Shown here piece by piece: positions 35,058 to 48,655 of a DNA stretch of 64,000 nt. The notes under the pieces were generated by a model. The model was not told the DNA's origin, made no database searches, and was given only the letters and a program-made list of their open reading frames with translations. How positions within the stretch are numbered: the first letter of the stretch is position 1; every line of letters begins with the position of its first letter. A program made the translations under genes and the position numbers. This DNA comes from Octopus sinensis. Its lineage: Eukaryota. The stretch spans positions 9,540-73,539 of the forward strand of contig NW_021833461.1 in assembly GCF_006345805.1 (NCBI RefSeq), read 5' to 3'.

Positions 35058-38021
35058 CAGTGGTTTCCAACCAGGGTTCCGCCAGTACAGTCCAGGGGTT
35101 CCGCAAGAAGTTACATAAATGCTAAACTCGACAGTAAATTTTAATTCTCCTGTGCAGATATGTGTGTACATGTTAGGCCTACGTGTATATCTACGAGTTG
35201 CACGCCAGCGTAGATGACCCTGATCCTTGGTGTGTATGTGTAGGCCTACGACGTGTACAACTACGAGTTACTCGCCAGCGTAGATGACCCTGATCCTTGG
35301 TGTGTACATGTACGTGCACATCTACGAATTGCATGCCAGCTTAGATGATGGTTTAGTTTTCTTTTGTAAAATACGAGTGACTATATTTGGAAGAAACATT
35401 TTAACTGCGTAAGCCATTTATTTAGGTGTTGTTGTTAATACGCCTTTTAAAATATCTTTAGCTTTTTAAAAGGTGTTTTTGTAAAATATTTTTCTTGTAT
35501 GACTTCTATTAATATATGGTCAAATGTTAAGATTAAAAAATCCGGAAGAGAGTTGAATTACATATGTAGAAAAAAAATAAGAAATAGGGAAACTGATACT
35601 AAATTATAAGATATGTAAATATGCATAAATATTAATTCCTTACAAATTTCTAAATTAGAACAATGAACAAATAAATGACATTTTAAATTCAAATCCGAAA
35701 ATATATTTTAATTATTATATGCATATTGTTTAAATATAATGAAATACCTAGTACTAAAAAAAAACATTAATAAAAAAGCTAAATTTTACATCATTTAACT
35801 CGCTACACTTTAAAGATCATTTCGTCCTGCCACTATTAGGTTTGCTTTCATATATATATACAATTCTGCTTACAGCCTTACAAGTATGGATAGATTTCTG
35901 AAAAAAACGTAAGTTAGATACAGATGAAGAGACGCAGGGTCTGAGGCAGTCTGTTGAAGCTGCAGCCACTGCCAGTGATGCTGCCTCGTCGAAATTACCA
36001 AGAAATGATGGAATTAACCTGCAACTAAAAGTTCGTCAATATTGTGAAAACTACATAGCTCTGGGAATGGAAACCCAGACTGCTCTTCACCTTTGTGTAC
36101 TGTTTCTGGGGAGAAGCTGGCTAATAGTACTATAGCACCAGCCAAGCTGAAACGACACTTAACAACTAAACATCCAGAGTTGTCAGGCAAAAAAGAACAA
36201 TATTTTAAAAGAGAATTGGCATTTAATAAAAGGCAAGTTTGCCAAAAAGTTCAAGTTGAGTGACAAAGGACAAGAAGCAAGTTATGCTGTGGCGGAGATA
36301 GTTGCAAGAAAAATGAAATCTCATACCATCGCTGAAACTGTAATTTTACCTGCATGCCAGGAAATAGTGAGGATAATGTTTGGAGAGGATGCTGTATCAG
36401 ATCTAAATAAAATTCCATTTTCTGACAACATAATAAGTAGGCGCATTCAAGACATGTCAGGAGACATTGAGTGCAATATTAAGTCAAAAATACTGAAACA
36501 TAAGTTGTTTGCACTTCAAGTTGATGAGAGTACAGACATCACTGGTAAATCACAGCTCCTTGTATTTGTTCGTTTTATTAATGATGAAACTATTGTAGAA
36601 GACGTCCTGTATTGCAAAGAGTTGCCAGAAACAAGAAAAGGACAAGATGTATTTGATGTTTTAAATTCATATTTAGAGTATTGTGGATTGAACTGGAAAA
36701 ACTGTGTTGGTATTTGTACAGATGGTGCCCCTGCAATGACAGGATGTCTTAAAGGCTTTGTCCCAACCGCACAAAAACAAAATTCAAATGTTTCATTCAT
36801 AGAGAAGCACTAGTTGCTAAAACTTTTGGACCTGAACAAAAATCTGTATTGGGTATGGTAGTGAAAATAAATAATTACTTCAAAATGAGGCCACTTAAAT
36901 GTCGACAGTTTGCGAAACTTTGTGTGGGTATGGAAGCAGACCATTTCACCTTAATCCAGCACACAGAAATACGATGGTTGTCAAGGGGAAAAGTATTGTC
37001 TCGTTTTTACGAATTAAGAGAAGACCTTTTGACCTTTTGTTTGCAAGAAAACCTGAAAGACTTTGAAAAATGTTTGAGTGATGACCATCGGTGTTCCAAG
37101 TTAGCATATTTTGCCGATATATTTCATGAGCTAAGCCTCTTGAACAATGGCATGCAGGGCATGAACGAAAATATATTGTCTTCTACTGACAAAATAAATG
37201 CTTTTCAGAAGAAATTGACAATATGGAAGAAACACATAGCTGCAGGAAATTTGGAAATGTTTCCAAGTGTTTTTAAAAGGAATTGTCAAGAAACTTCGTT
37301 ACTAATTTTGAACCATTTGCACACTTTGTTAACAAATCTTGACAAATATTTTCCATCGATATCTGTTGACCAGTATGACTGGATTAGAAACTCATTTGTG
37401 GAATTTGAGCCATTTGAAGAACAGTTCACATTATCAGAAGAAGAAGAACTTGCTAGTGTTTTAAATGACAGAACATTAAAGTTGAAGCATTCTGAGCTTC
37501 ACCTGAATGCATTTTGGTTGCTGGTTGAAAAGGAATATCCTGCAAACGCCCAGAAAGCGCTGCGACTTCTTGTGCAGTTTTCAACCACCTACTTCTGTGA
37601 ATTTGGATTTTCAACTCTGACAGCCATCAAGCACAAGAAGCGAGCACAATTGCTGTCTGTGGAAGATGAACTTCGTGTGTGTCTATCGACCCAATCTTAG
37701 GGAGTTGTGCAAGAAACACCAGGCTCAAGTTTCTCATTGAGTTTTTGATGAGAATAAATGTAATCTATTCAAACTAAAGTTTTTTTAATACATGATTTAA
37801 TAATAACTGTAGATGCAAGAATAAAATTGCATATGTACGTGACAATTTTTTACAGTTTGTGATTTTATTGTAAATAAATCTGAACATGAGTATTTTCATT
37901 TCATTAATTAAATGCTGTTTTTTTTTTTGCGTAAGACAATTAAATTATTGCACAGGGGCTCCTCGAGCCAGTGGAATGTTTCCTTGGGGTTCCGCTCCAG
38001 CAAAAAGGTTGAAAAGTACTG
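35058..38021 (+). mobile_element. Full-length but inactive hAT transposon, Buster/Charlie type
   Basis: TIRs CAGTGGTTTCCAACC / GGTTGAAAAGTACTG; 8-bp TSD ccctaacc / cactaacc with central TA; ~62-bp subterminal repeats at 35160-35350. Confidence 0.93.
35886..37740 (+). pseudogene. hAT transposase with BED finger remnant, frameshifted
   Basis: [49 protein letters not shown]. Confidence 0.92.
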
Positions 38022-39988
38022 CACTAACCAGTCGGTCATGTGTAGCAGAAACAGAATCAACTCTACGTCAAAGTGCGTATTCAGGCATCTGTTTCAGTCG
38101 CTTTTCACTGGTTTTTATTTGATTTACTTTCCCGTCTTTTTCTCTGCTGTCGTGCCTTTGCTGCTAAATATTCTTTTTCAGTCGCATATTTTCTGGACGC
38201 CCCATGTTAAATAGAAAAATTCTCTAATGTGATATTTGTTTAATAACGAAACAAAACTTGGAGTGTGTGTGTGTGTGTTCATTTTACAGAGACAGTACGA
38301 GACAGTGTGAGTTTGTGTTTACATTAGAGAGACAGTGTGTGTGTAAGAGAGAGAGAGAGAACATTACAAACAATGAATGAAATAAAGATGAAATGAAAAA
38401 AATCTTATACTGAATATTTAAATTTGTGAACTTGAAATATTCAATAATAAAAGGTAGTTCAAAAAGTAAATTTTCCTGAAAACTTCATTTCACAAAAAAA
38501 TCTCACTTGCTTAGTAAATATTTCTTTCGCTAATTTATCGTAGTTGTAATATATCTCTAATTTAAACAAACTTCAAGGTAACCCAGCTACATTTAGCGTG
38601 CTTGAAATAGCATGTGTGTACGTGACTATAATTTTCCCTCGCATGGATGAGCGGTGTTGTTGTCTTCAATGAGGTTATCAGGTCAGACATTTGTTTTCCA
38701 TCGCACTACTCGCGTATTAGTACACGCTCAACCACTGCGAAAAATAGAGAGATTGTAGCAAAATCCTTACGAACTTTGCGGCTTATGGAATGAATAATAG
38801 GCATGAAAAATACTAATAACAATAAGCAACTTTGCATAAATGGGGTTGAATAAAGAGGAAATTATTAAAGGCACAAAGTTCGAAAGGTTTTAGTCACTGC
38901 TTCACATCTCTACCATACTTGAATGAATATAGACTCTTACTGTACTTAATCCTTGGAGAAATTTTATTGAATTTAAACCTGAGAACGCTCGTTTGACATT
39001 TCTGAGTTGTTCGTTACCAAGAAAATCTACATGGACATTTTTTTTTCGGTAGAAATGCCAGAAGCGATCAAAATATGCCACAAACATGGTTAATTAGAAA
39101 TTTTCGTTGAAAAATAGGGCTTTGTGTAAAGAAATGGTATCACAAACTTCAAAGACATTGTTTAATCATGGAATACTAAAGACGTTCACATTGGCAGTTT
39201 AGTTGTGGTACAAAGGCCATTATTGACGGAAAATGTGTCAATAATTGTTACAAAAAAGCATGGATTTTGGTTATTTTCCTTGACAGAGTTTTATCCATCA
39301 GAAATGCACTCATAATACACCTTGTAACTTGCTGAATTTTTTGACACCGAAAACACTAAAATTGGCAACGTAGATTAGAAGGAAGTCCAAATATTGCCCG
39401 AAAATGACCTCAAAGTTGGGCAACCCAACATCGTTTTCGAGATTATTTTTGTAGTAAAAAAAGAGTTGTGCAAAAGACATACTTCATTTGGAATCCGAAA
39501 GATTACTGAATCTTTTGATACCTCATACATCAAAATCGGCAACTCAGTTTTCAGATCCATAAAACATACACACACACAACTCTCTTATATATATATACAG
39601 ATTAAAATCTACTCCGCAGTGACTCCAAGAATATTTAAATTTGTGAAAAACCTGTAGTTCAAATATTCAATAAACTTCAGAGATTGAAATTACGAGAAAT
39701 TTCTTGGAACATGAATTTATTAAAAAAAATTCCCAGACGGCCAAGCCTTTAATAATTGCTTTCTTTTAATAACTGTTACATACCAAGTTAATAAGCAGCT
39801 TTCTCCATGATTATATATATATATATGATTGTATACTTGTTAGTATATTGTGTCTTGCACCATGTGTTTCGCGTTAAGTCGTGCATTACAGATAGGATCT
39901 TATTGATAGGATCTTATTGAGCTTGATTTTATTGTCAATAAATAATGTCGGATGGTCAACAAATAATGTTGCAATATTTTCCCATCTT

Positions 39989-40660
39989 AGGCAGCGAGCT
40001 GGTAGAAACTTTAGCACGCCGGGCGAAATGTTTAGCGGAATTTCGTCTGCCGCTACGTTCTGAGTTCAAATTCCGCCGAGGTCGACTTTGCCTTTCATCC
40101 TTTCGGGGTCGATAAATTAAGTACCAGTTACGCACTGGAGTCCATGTAATCGACTTAATACCTTTGTCTGTCCTTGTTTGTCCCCTCTGAGTTTGGCCCC
40201 TTGTAGGCAATAAAGAAATAAGAAACATTAGCACGCCCTGCGAAATGCTTAGCATATTTCGCCTGTCTTGACGTTCTTAGTTCAAATTCCGCTGAGGTCG
40301 ACTTTACCTTTCATCCTTTCGGAGTCGAAAAATTAAGTACCAGTTGCGTACTGGAGTCGATCTAATTGACTGACTCCCTTCCCCAAAATTTCCGGCCTTT
40401 TGTCTAGAGTAGAAAAGAATGTAGTAGAAGGCGGCGAGCTGGTAGAATCATTAGCAAGAGCCGGACAAAATGCTTAGCGGCAGCATTTTGTCTGTGTTTA
40501 CATTCTGAGTTCAAATTCTGCCGACCTCGACTTTCGTCCTTTCGAAGCCGAGAAAATAATTACTAGTAGAGGACTGGAGTCGATGTAATTCGCTTAAACG
40601 CCCCCACCACCACCAGAATTGCTAGCCTTGTGTCAATATTTGAGACCAATATGCTACAGT
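39989..40660 (+). mobile_element. SINE cluster (ggcggcgagctgg family, three B-box units)
   Basis: Heads at 39989 and 40431; repeated gagttcaaattc..gtcgacttt. Confidence 0.85.
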
Positions 40661-40949
40661 AGCACTTCTTGCAGGAAATGGAAAATGAATGAAATTGTAG
40701 AGACTAAACAATAATCCCCCACAAAAATGGAGAAATTCAGAGACTATTTTCATTAATTTTTTGTTTGTTTTTTTTTTTTGCTCTTACGTGCAAAAAACAC
40801 CAGTTCTGTCTGTTTAATTTATAAGGAACATTTAACGGATACAGTGCTTGCTAATTTAAACAGGACACCATACTGAAAATACATTTTATGTAGAGTTTGT
40901 TTTTATTTTTGCATTACTCCTAAATTTTCCGAGAGTGCAAAAGGCATTT

Positions 40950-41300
40950 TATGGTCAGGTTGATCTTGAGCGCTACAGGTAGCATGTAACCCAGTACAAC
41001 CTGTCGCATGGTCGGGTCATCGGTGAGTAAATTGGCAACCCAATCAAGCTTGCTTGGTGAGGAGGGTGATTGTTGGACACCCTACGGAACGAAAAATAAG
41101 ACCCATCAAAAGGGTGGAAGAACTACTGTGTAGTCAACGGCCAATTCAACAAGTACCTTGTCGCGGTGAAGTGCCTGTGTGCTCCATTGACCCGGAGAGC
41201 TTTGCTGGTGGGAAAGAAATCTTCAGGCAAGTCTTACCAGGCCAGACAGGTCGAAAGGTAGGAGTGTGACAAAACCGTAACGACAATATATCGAAGCATC
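40950..41300 (+). mobile_element. Probable RTE-clade 5' UTR remnant
   Basis: ccttgtcgcggtgaag..tgacccggagagctttgctggtggg resembles recalled RTE 5' ends; 41100-41150 is homologous to 34265-34320 (-). Confidence 0.4.
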
Positions 41301-41599
41301 AGCAGCAGGGCGTGGATTTAGTTATCGGCAGAACCTAACAGATCATATTCCTGGCTTTGAACTAGCAGGATGTCATGCAGAGGATCTTGAATACAAGACA
41401 ATGGATGAGATCCTAATATTCCTAGTTAGATGGAAACTACGGGACCACATTCAGAAGCGCCCTGTGACTCCTATAGTATGCGCAACCGAAACCCCTAAAC
41501 AAGGGTGTCCTGTGGGACAACCTAGATAAGATGAGATGTAAAGGTATTTTCTTTTTTTAATATAGCTGATTCAATAATCTATCATATGAGAACTCTTAT

Positions 41600-42260
41600 T
41601 CAACTATAAATGTTATGCTTGATAAACAACTTGTGTTACTTGCGACAGACAGAATCACAGAAATTATTCAGTCAAAGATTGTGCAGATGAAACAAAATAT
41701 AATTCCAGTGTCAAATGTTTCGATTCGTAAACGAATTGCAGAAATTTGCAATAGCCAATATGTGCACCTTCTTGAAAGAAATATAAGTTTTAAATCTGCG
41801 ATTCGAACACGGTTCAACAATTGCTGTTGGTTAGATGTTAGTTTGAAAGCAGTATGCACGAAGATTTACTGTTTTATCGATAATCAGATAACCGTACAAC
41901 TAAAGACGTTTTCTTCAAAGTGGACCTTCTTTAGAGGAATAGAACAACTGTGTTGGTGTTTGTGCAGCAAAGACGGGGCAAAATGTAAGGGTTTCAAACT
42001 GAAGTTAAATCTGAAAGCATTGTATTATGCAACACTATTCATTCATTGCGTGATTCATCAAACGTCTTTAGTAGTTAGGTAATTTTCTTGAGAGTAAAGT
42101 GTGGTAATATAAGATGCGATTAAAATTATGAACTTCATTAAAAGTCACACATCGACTGTCAACTCAAGATATCCAACTTAAGTAAACTTTTATCGTATGC
42201 AGAAGTGCGTTGGCTGTCGAAGGGAAGAACCTTGACACGAACTATAAATTTAAAAAAACG
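41600..42260 (+). pseudogene. Highly degraded hAT transposase fragment
   Basis: IHCVIHQ (CxxH region) and AEVRWLSKG; no TIRs found. Confidence 0.7.
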
Positions 42261-43344
42261 CGGTAATCTAGATTTATTTTAATCAGAAGAGAGATGATAT
42301 TGTAGAAGTCTTTATAAATTATGCAATATGCCAGACATTTGAAGTTAAGCTTTCATAAACGAGTATGATCTGGCAGCTGGCACCATGCTTTCTATAATTC
42401 TTATAGCTGCTAATATAGCCATGAGCAAGGATGGAACACCCTCTCTTGGCTCAGTAGAACATTGGGGTTTGTGGCTGCTGGAAGGAGAGAGGAGAGCAGC
42501 GACAACCGGTACTCATGTCCGTTGAGTTGACAGAATCTATGTGAAACGAAGTAGCTTGAACAACGACACAACGTGCCACCAGGTCCGAGAATCGAACCTA
42601 CTATTTTACGATCGTAAGGCCAACATCCTAACCACTAGTCCACGCACCTTGCGGAACTCATTAATTATAAGGATTCTCTGAAAGAAGAGAACACAAATAT
42701 TCACGAGTTAGTAAATATCCAGATCAATGCTGCATCCCTCTGCATTCTAAGTTCACATCCCATGTAGGCTGATGTGACCTTTTATCCTTCTGGTTACGAT
42801 AAAATAACTCATCAGTGTAATAGTGAGATGCATTTAATCCAACACACACACAATCACACACACAAACACACACACACACACACACACACAGATTGTAGGC
42901 ATAAATGTGTGTGTCCTTGTATCCAAATTAAAAAAGGCGTCGATAAAATGGAAAGTGAGTCGGTTATTGGGTGTTTCTTTAATCGCATATAGCCCTGCCC
43001 ACGGACTTTGAGTATAAATTAGAAATTTTTACTATTATTCTCATCATAATCACCGTCGTTGGGTGTGTCCTGCCGCAATGGTTCTGTGAAAGTTTTCTTT
43101 GTGTAAGCGAATTTATTAATTGTAAGCTTCCCAAACAACTCGTAAAAGAAAGAAAACTACTGCGGTTTCATCGAAAAGGTGTTTAACGAGCATGAAACAA
43201 GTCACTCTACCCGACACACGTCCTTCATAAAATAGTTTTTTTTTCTTTCTGGCGTTAGATTTCGTTAAAATTTCTTGTTTATGCTGTTGTTGTTGCTAAT
43301 GCTGTTTAGTTTTGGGTCACTCCTGAACAAACAGACGCATGAAA

Positions 43345-44514
43345 GCAGTTTCGCACCTCTCCTTGAAAAATGCATTTTCTTGAAAAAATTATTTCGGATT
43401 CCTACGTTTAAGATCTCGGAGATTACGAATATGCGAAAATTGTAATTTGTTTGTTTAACGTAGTTTGATTTTTCGAATTTTAACCAATCCTATGCTCTCT
43501 TTTGAGCTAAAATCATTTGTTGTCTAAAACTGAGACAACATCCTGTAACTAACCCTAAACCTCAACCCTAACCCTAAATTTTGTTTTTTCTTAATTGTTA
43601 AATTAATTTAATTGTTACGCGTGTAAAAAAAACTAAAGCAATGGAATTAAATTAATTTAACAATTAAGAAAAAAAATTAGGGTTAGGGTTAGGGGGAGGT
43701 TTAGGGTTAGTTACAAGATGTCTCGGTTTTAGACGCAGCAAATGATTTTAGTTGAATGGAGGTAATCGATTGGTTAAAATTGCCGAAATGCTCGGATTTT
43801 CAGACGAAATATCTTACAAACTATAGAATTTTCTCAATAAAACCAAGAGAAAATGATGTTTTATAAACACATTCTACCAGTATACGAAGTTTAAAAGTGT
43901 TTAGTTAACTAGAAATTGTGTTGCCATCTGCCGTTCAAAAGGAAAAGATCCGATTTCGAATATGCAAGAAACCAGGTTTTCAAAATTTTAAATTCAATAA
44001 GCATATAGATAGGTGTATGAAGAGATAGTTAGATATGAATGTCTTCCTGGGGCTAAAAACAACAGTAACGCCGTCTTCTATACGACCGCCACATTTAATT
44101 GACAAATATATTTTTTTGAATATACGGACAAGGATAAATAGATAGACAAATAAATAAATGGATGAAAAAGTTCAAAATTTAAAATTGAGGGAAGGGGTGA
44201 CATTTGAGCTCCTTATTAAACTTTATAACATTAATTATTAAACATTAATGTTTGTTTCTCATAAAATGGTGTCTAATTCTTATTTACACAAGTAAAACGC
44301 AAATTCTCTTCAGTTTAATGTTTTTGTCTGGATTTAATTTCGATTTGCATATGCTCGTCAATTCGCTACGATCTTTTTCAAGTTAACAAAATCAAAAATT
44401 TTTAATGGGGAGGGGGGCTAAATTACATATTCGTAATCTCCGACATCTAAAACGTAGGAATCCGAAAAAAATTTTTCAAAAAACTGCATTTTTCAAGGAG
44501 AGGTGCGAAACTGC
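43345..44514. mobile_element. Non-autonomous TIR element
   Basis: ~90-bp TIRs GCAGTTTCGCACCTCTCCTTGAAAAATGCA...; TSD unclear. Confidence 0.8.
43476..43782. repeat. Internal long inverted repeat with (CCCTAA)/(TTAGGG) units
   Basis: Arms ~43476-43615 and ~43645-43782. Confidence 0.8.
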
Positions 44515-44584
44515 ATTAGCTCCGAAAGGCGTTATCTGCCATGACCATCCCGTCTTTCATTCAGAGATATTGTATCTAGGAATT

Positions 44585-44868
44585 GTTTGTTCCTTCTCAA
44601 GCAATGCCTGGCTCATAATGGGCCGGTTTCCCGGTTTCATTGGCGTATAGGTTCCCCACCTAGATGAGACGCCGGTCCATCAAAGGTGAGCTGCTAGATG
44701 CAGGAAGAAAGACTGAGAGAAAGTTGGGGCGAACGAGTCAGCAGAAGTGTGCCATTACCTTCTGCTGGAGCAGTGTGGAGCTTAGGTATTTCTTTCATAA
44801 ACACACACATCACCCAGTCTGAAATTCGAACCCGCAATCCCTCTAACCACTAGGCCATGTGCTTCCAC
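44585..44868 (-). mobile_element. tRNA-derived SINE (family of 5931-6182)
   Basis: Head atggcctagtggttagag..gggttcgaattt; shared body. Confidence 0.75.
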
Positions 44869-46749
44869 GTATATAGGAATACATTATACGATTTGTCCTG
44901 CTATTTACAAAAGAACAAGGGAGGCTTATGAAATATGTTGCTGTTGTTTCTAGAGGTTCCAGCGACCATGTAGAAACACGTTTATTGTCAAACTTTGTAT
45001 TCTTTGATAAATGGTCACGAGCGTAGAGAACAACGAGAAATAAAACAGTGACGTACATAGTCATTCATAATATATTCTGGCAGATTCGAACGTGAATCAC
45101 TGCTGTATACCGTCGTCGGAGAACAACTTCTCCTTTCAGATGATGTGTACTCATTACACACTCAATTGATTCAGGTAGGCGGACTAAAAGACACTACAGG
45201 GTTTCGAGATAGTTGTGTCTTCTCAGTCAAAGCTATTCTTAGATCAATGAATATAAACAAGAATCGTGAATCTTGTTTATAGAATTCAGTAAATTAATTA
45301 TTTACTGATGTCTGCTGATGTCTACAAAGCCGTGAATAGATAGTCAATACACGATAAACAGCGAAAATCGAAACAATTATGTACCTGTCCATTGGTAATA
45401 CGTTCCGTAAAATTCGAACCTGAATATGCTAATCGCTGCTGTATTCTTTGTTTAATATATTTGAAATTAAGACCAACATTTTGCCTACAAAATACCTCGT
45501 GTTGGTCGTATTCATTCAAAACTAAATTAACATCGAGGCCACGTGTACCTGGGCTCTCAACCGGCCAGAAATAACAGCAAGTTTCTAATTATCAATCACT
45601 GCTGACTTAAAAAAACAACAACGACACATTATTAAGGAATGTGATCATAAATAAGCCGAAAGTGAGGTGACTTTATAACTAAAATATTTTTGATAATAGG
45701 TTCGTTGAAAAGATGCCTCTCGTCTAAACAAGAGCAATAATAGCGCATGAACAAAGGCAAGAATTAAAGGTTCCACCCAACACAATCGTGATTTACTGAA
45801 AAATAAGAGATTAATAGAAAATGCGACAATCCTAAGAAAAGCGAATACCGAGAAATATTGTTGCGGACGTGAGAAAATGCTTTGTATCGTTTTACAAGAA
45901 AAAAGCTCGTAACAGTTATTAATTATTGTTATTTTTAATGTACAAACATGAGGGGGTTTATTTAACGCTGATTTAGAGTGTAATTATATATATTTTAGAG
46001 TTTGGATTATACTCTGTAATTACTCAGTGTTTCGCGGATATTGCACGTTATAATAATAATTTGTTATAATTTCTGAAGAATATGTAAAATACATACAGCG
46101 TAGCTCAAAAGTAGGTTTACAGTTATTCAACTATTTCTTTCATATATTAACTGTTTACGTTATTTACATTTGACGAATATTTGTCCTCATCTTGTTTGTT
46201 GTTACAACTTTTGGGCAATAAAGAAATATATATATATATATATACACGTGTGTGTGTGTGTGTAGATTGATAGGTAGACAGAGAGGGATGGATATAGATA
46301 GATATGCGTATAGCTCTCTATAATAATTGAATGGACACCTGTTACATCCGTCTGCGTTCTATTTTTCAATCCCACGAATGTAGACCGTGCTTCACAGTAT
46401 TGCCGATTCTATAAAATAAAGTACAAATTGAATATCGGCAGTCGATTTGATCGGAAATACTTCCTTATCTAGTCGAACCTGTGTGACCTTGTGCTGACGT
46501 CAGACATTTCATATTGTTTTTCACCATCCACACCGTTGTTAGTGTTTCTAATGACAATTCTTTATAAGTGAACTCGTTGATTATACGCCAATTGTCCAAA
46601 ACAAGTTCTTTTGAGAAGTGACGCCACGCTGCGGGTTCCGCTCGAGAGGGTGTCGTTCAATAACCACCTGTCGCAGATGCACACCTACCGCAAAATATTG
46701 ATCCTTAAATATTATTAATAGTGGTTACAAATTATTAATGGTTACAAAT

Positions 46750-47100
46750 TTTACCACAAAGGCAGCCATTTATGGGAGTGGATAAGTCAATTAGATCAAC
46801 CCCAATGATCGACCCTGAAAAGATGAAAAGCAAAGTCGACCTCGGCGGAATTTGAACTCAGAACGTAACGACAGGCGAAATACTTCCAAGCATTTTCCCC
46901 GGCGCTTTAACGATTCTGCCAGTTCGCCACCTTGGTATAATAAATAATAATGCAGCGAAAGGCAGCGAGCAGGCAGAATCGTTAACGCGCCAGCTAAAAT
47001 GTTTAGCGGCATTTCGTTCGTCTTTACGTTCTGAGTTCAAATTCCGCTGAGGTCGACTTTGCCTTTCATTCTTTTGGAGTCGGGATCGATGTAATAGACT
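46750..47100. mobile_element. Two divergent SINE copies (ggcggcgagctgg family)
   Basis: Minus copy ends at ~46932; plus copy starts at ~46961. Confidence 0.8.
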
Positions 47101-47149
47101 AGCCTCCTTCACCACCAAAAGATTTCAATAATAGTAAGAATTATTACTT

Positions 47150-47397
47150 TATTTATATTATTTACATTTGATGGATATTTGTCCTCATCTTGTTTGTTAA
47201 CACAACGTTTCGGCTGATATAACCTCCATCCTTCATCGGGTGTCTTGGAAAAATTTTGAACCTGGGATCTCATTCCTAATGTATTTTTCGATGTTGTTAC
47301 TATTATTATTATTATTCAGATCACTGCCTGGAATCGAACTCGGAATCTTGGGGTTAGTAGCCCGCGCTCTTAATTATTACGCCATATGCGCATGGGC
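47150..47397 (-). mobile_element. tRNA-headed SINE-like element containing a hammerhead (family N)
   Basis: Minus strand: A-box-like tggcgtaataa, anticodon-like arm ggg-ctACTaa-ccc, B box gagttcgattcc, (aat)n, then the HHR. A 3' fragment of the same family lies at 46155-46205. Confidence 0.75.
47199..47244 (-). ncRNA. Minimal type I hammerhead (family N)
   Basis: Minus strand: GACAC-CCGATGA-A-GGATG..CAGCC-GAAA-CG-TT-GTGTT. Confidence 0.8.
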
Positions 47398-47747
47398 ATT
47401 ATTATTGTTATTCATACGCATTGGTCCAGTTTTGGCTTTGATCGAGCAGAGTTTGTAAAGAAATGTTCTGTCACTTTATTACTTTCTAATTTCAAATCCC
47501 AATAAGGTCAACTTTACCTTTCATCCCTCCAGGATTGATAAAATAAAATACCAATCAAGTACTAAATAATGTTATTATCAACTGCCCCACTCCCCTCAAA
47601 ATTGTTGACTCTGTGCCTAAATTTGAAATCAATATAGCATTACGCAATTTAGCATCCGTTACTTATTTAATACGATAAATGTATGTGTGTACATACATAC
47701 ATACACGCAAACACACAGGTGTGTGTATATATATAAATATATATATA

Positions 47748-47798
<51 letters not shown>

Positions 47799-47814
47799 TT
47801 GTATGTAAATGTAT

Positions 47815-48105
47815 AAAAGGTGGCATTCCGTCGGTGACAACGACGAGTGTTCCAATTGATTCCACCAACAGAACAGCCTGCTCGTGAAATTAATGAGCAA
47901 GTGGCTGGGTATTCCACAGACACGAGTACCCTTAACGCAGTTCTCATGTAGATCCAGTGTGACACAGAATGTGATAAAGGTGGCTCCTTGAAATACAGGT
48001 GCTACATATTTTAGGCAGCTGAGTGGGCTAGACCGCAGCCGGGATCGAACTCACAGCCTTCAGATCTTGAACCGATTACTCTAATGACTAAGCCACGTGT
48101 CTTCA
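47815..48105 (-). mobile_element. tRNA-derived SINE (family of 5128-5405)
   Basis: Head cgtggcttagtc..gagttcgatccc; shared body. Confidence 0.75.
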
Positions 48106-48379
48106 CTATGTGAATAGTTGTGTGTGTGCGCTGCGTTAGAAATAACAATCATATATATATATATACACACAACACAACCAGACACACACGCACGCATGCA
48201 CACTCATACACACATACGCACACGTATACTTCTGTACATACATTCGTAACCTGAACATGGTAAAAATCGATTCCAGTACCAATGGATTTTCATTCGGATG
48301 TCTATAAAATTACAATCAATCATATTTTGGGAGTTGATTGAATTCCGTCCGGCCCCAAATGCGTATACTTGAGTCTTAG

Positions 48380-48655
48380 AATTCTTCCTCATCGTCGTCG
48401 TCCTCTTCTTCTTCGTTGTCGTCGTCGTCATCGTTATCTTCATCATCGTTGTCGTCATCTACGCTGTTGTCATCATCGTTATCATCATCACCATCGTCAT
48501 CACAATCGTGGTCTTTATCATTGTCATCACCACCATTCTCATCTCCATCATCATCCTTCTCCTCCTTATCATCATCATCATCACCATCATCATCGTCCTC
48601 AACTTCCTCCTCCTCATCATCATCATCACCATTATCATCACCATTGTTATTATCA
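48380..48655. repeat. Degenerate (CAT/CGT/CCT)n trinucleotide tract
   Basis: Direct reading. Confidence 0.9.

Larger units (their letters stand above)
34423..39601 (-). mobile_element. Putative deleted Helitron interrupted by the hAT element
   Basis: 5' A|TC(TGTATATAT) at 39601; 3' hairpin ctgcccgcagggtgg and CCAG (for CTAG) at 34423; Rep N-terminal-like VCSYCKAYRW..SLCCFKGMVKL at 34660-34740. Joining the two ends is inference. Confidence 0.5.

Noticed and set aside
35886-37740. Domesticated ZBED/SCAND3-like host gene
   Set aside because: It has TIRs, a TSD and several frameshifts/deletions, so it is an inactive transposon copy.
40950-41160. HDV-like ribozyme at an RTE 5' end
   Set aside because: I could not thread a convincing nested double pseudoknot by eye; an Infernal/RNArobo search is needed.
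43548-43712. Telomere or chromosome-fusion site
   Set aside because: Only a few degenerate units inside a foldback repeat.
45186-45232. Hammerhead-like CTGAGA..CGAAAC on the minus strand
   Set aside because: The core is one base short and helices I and III do not pair.
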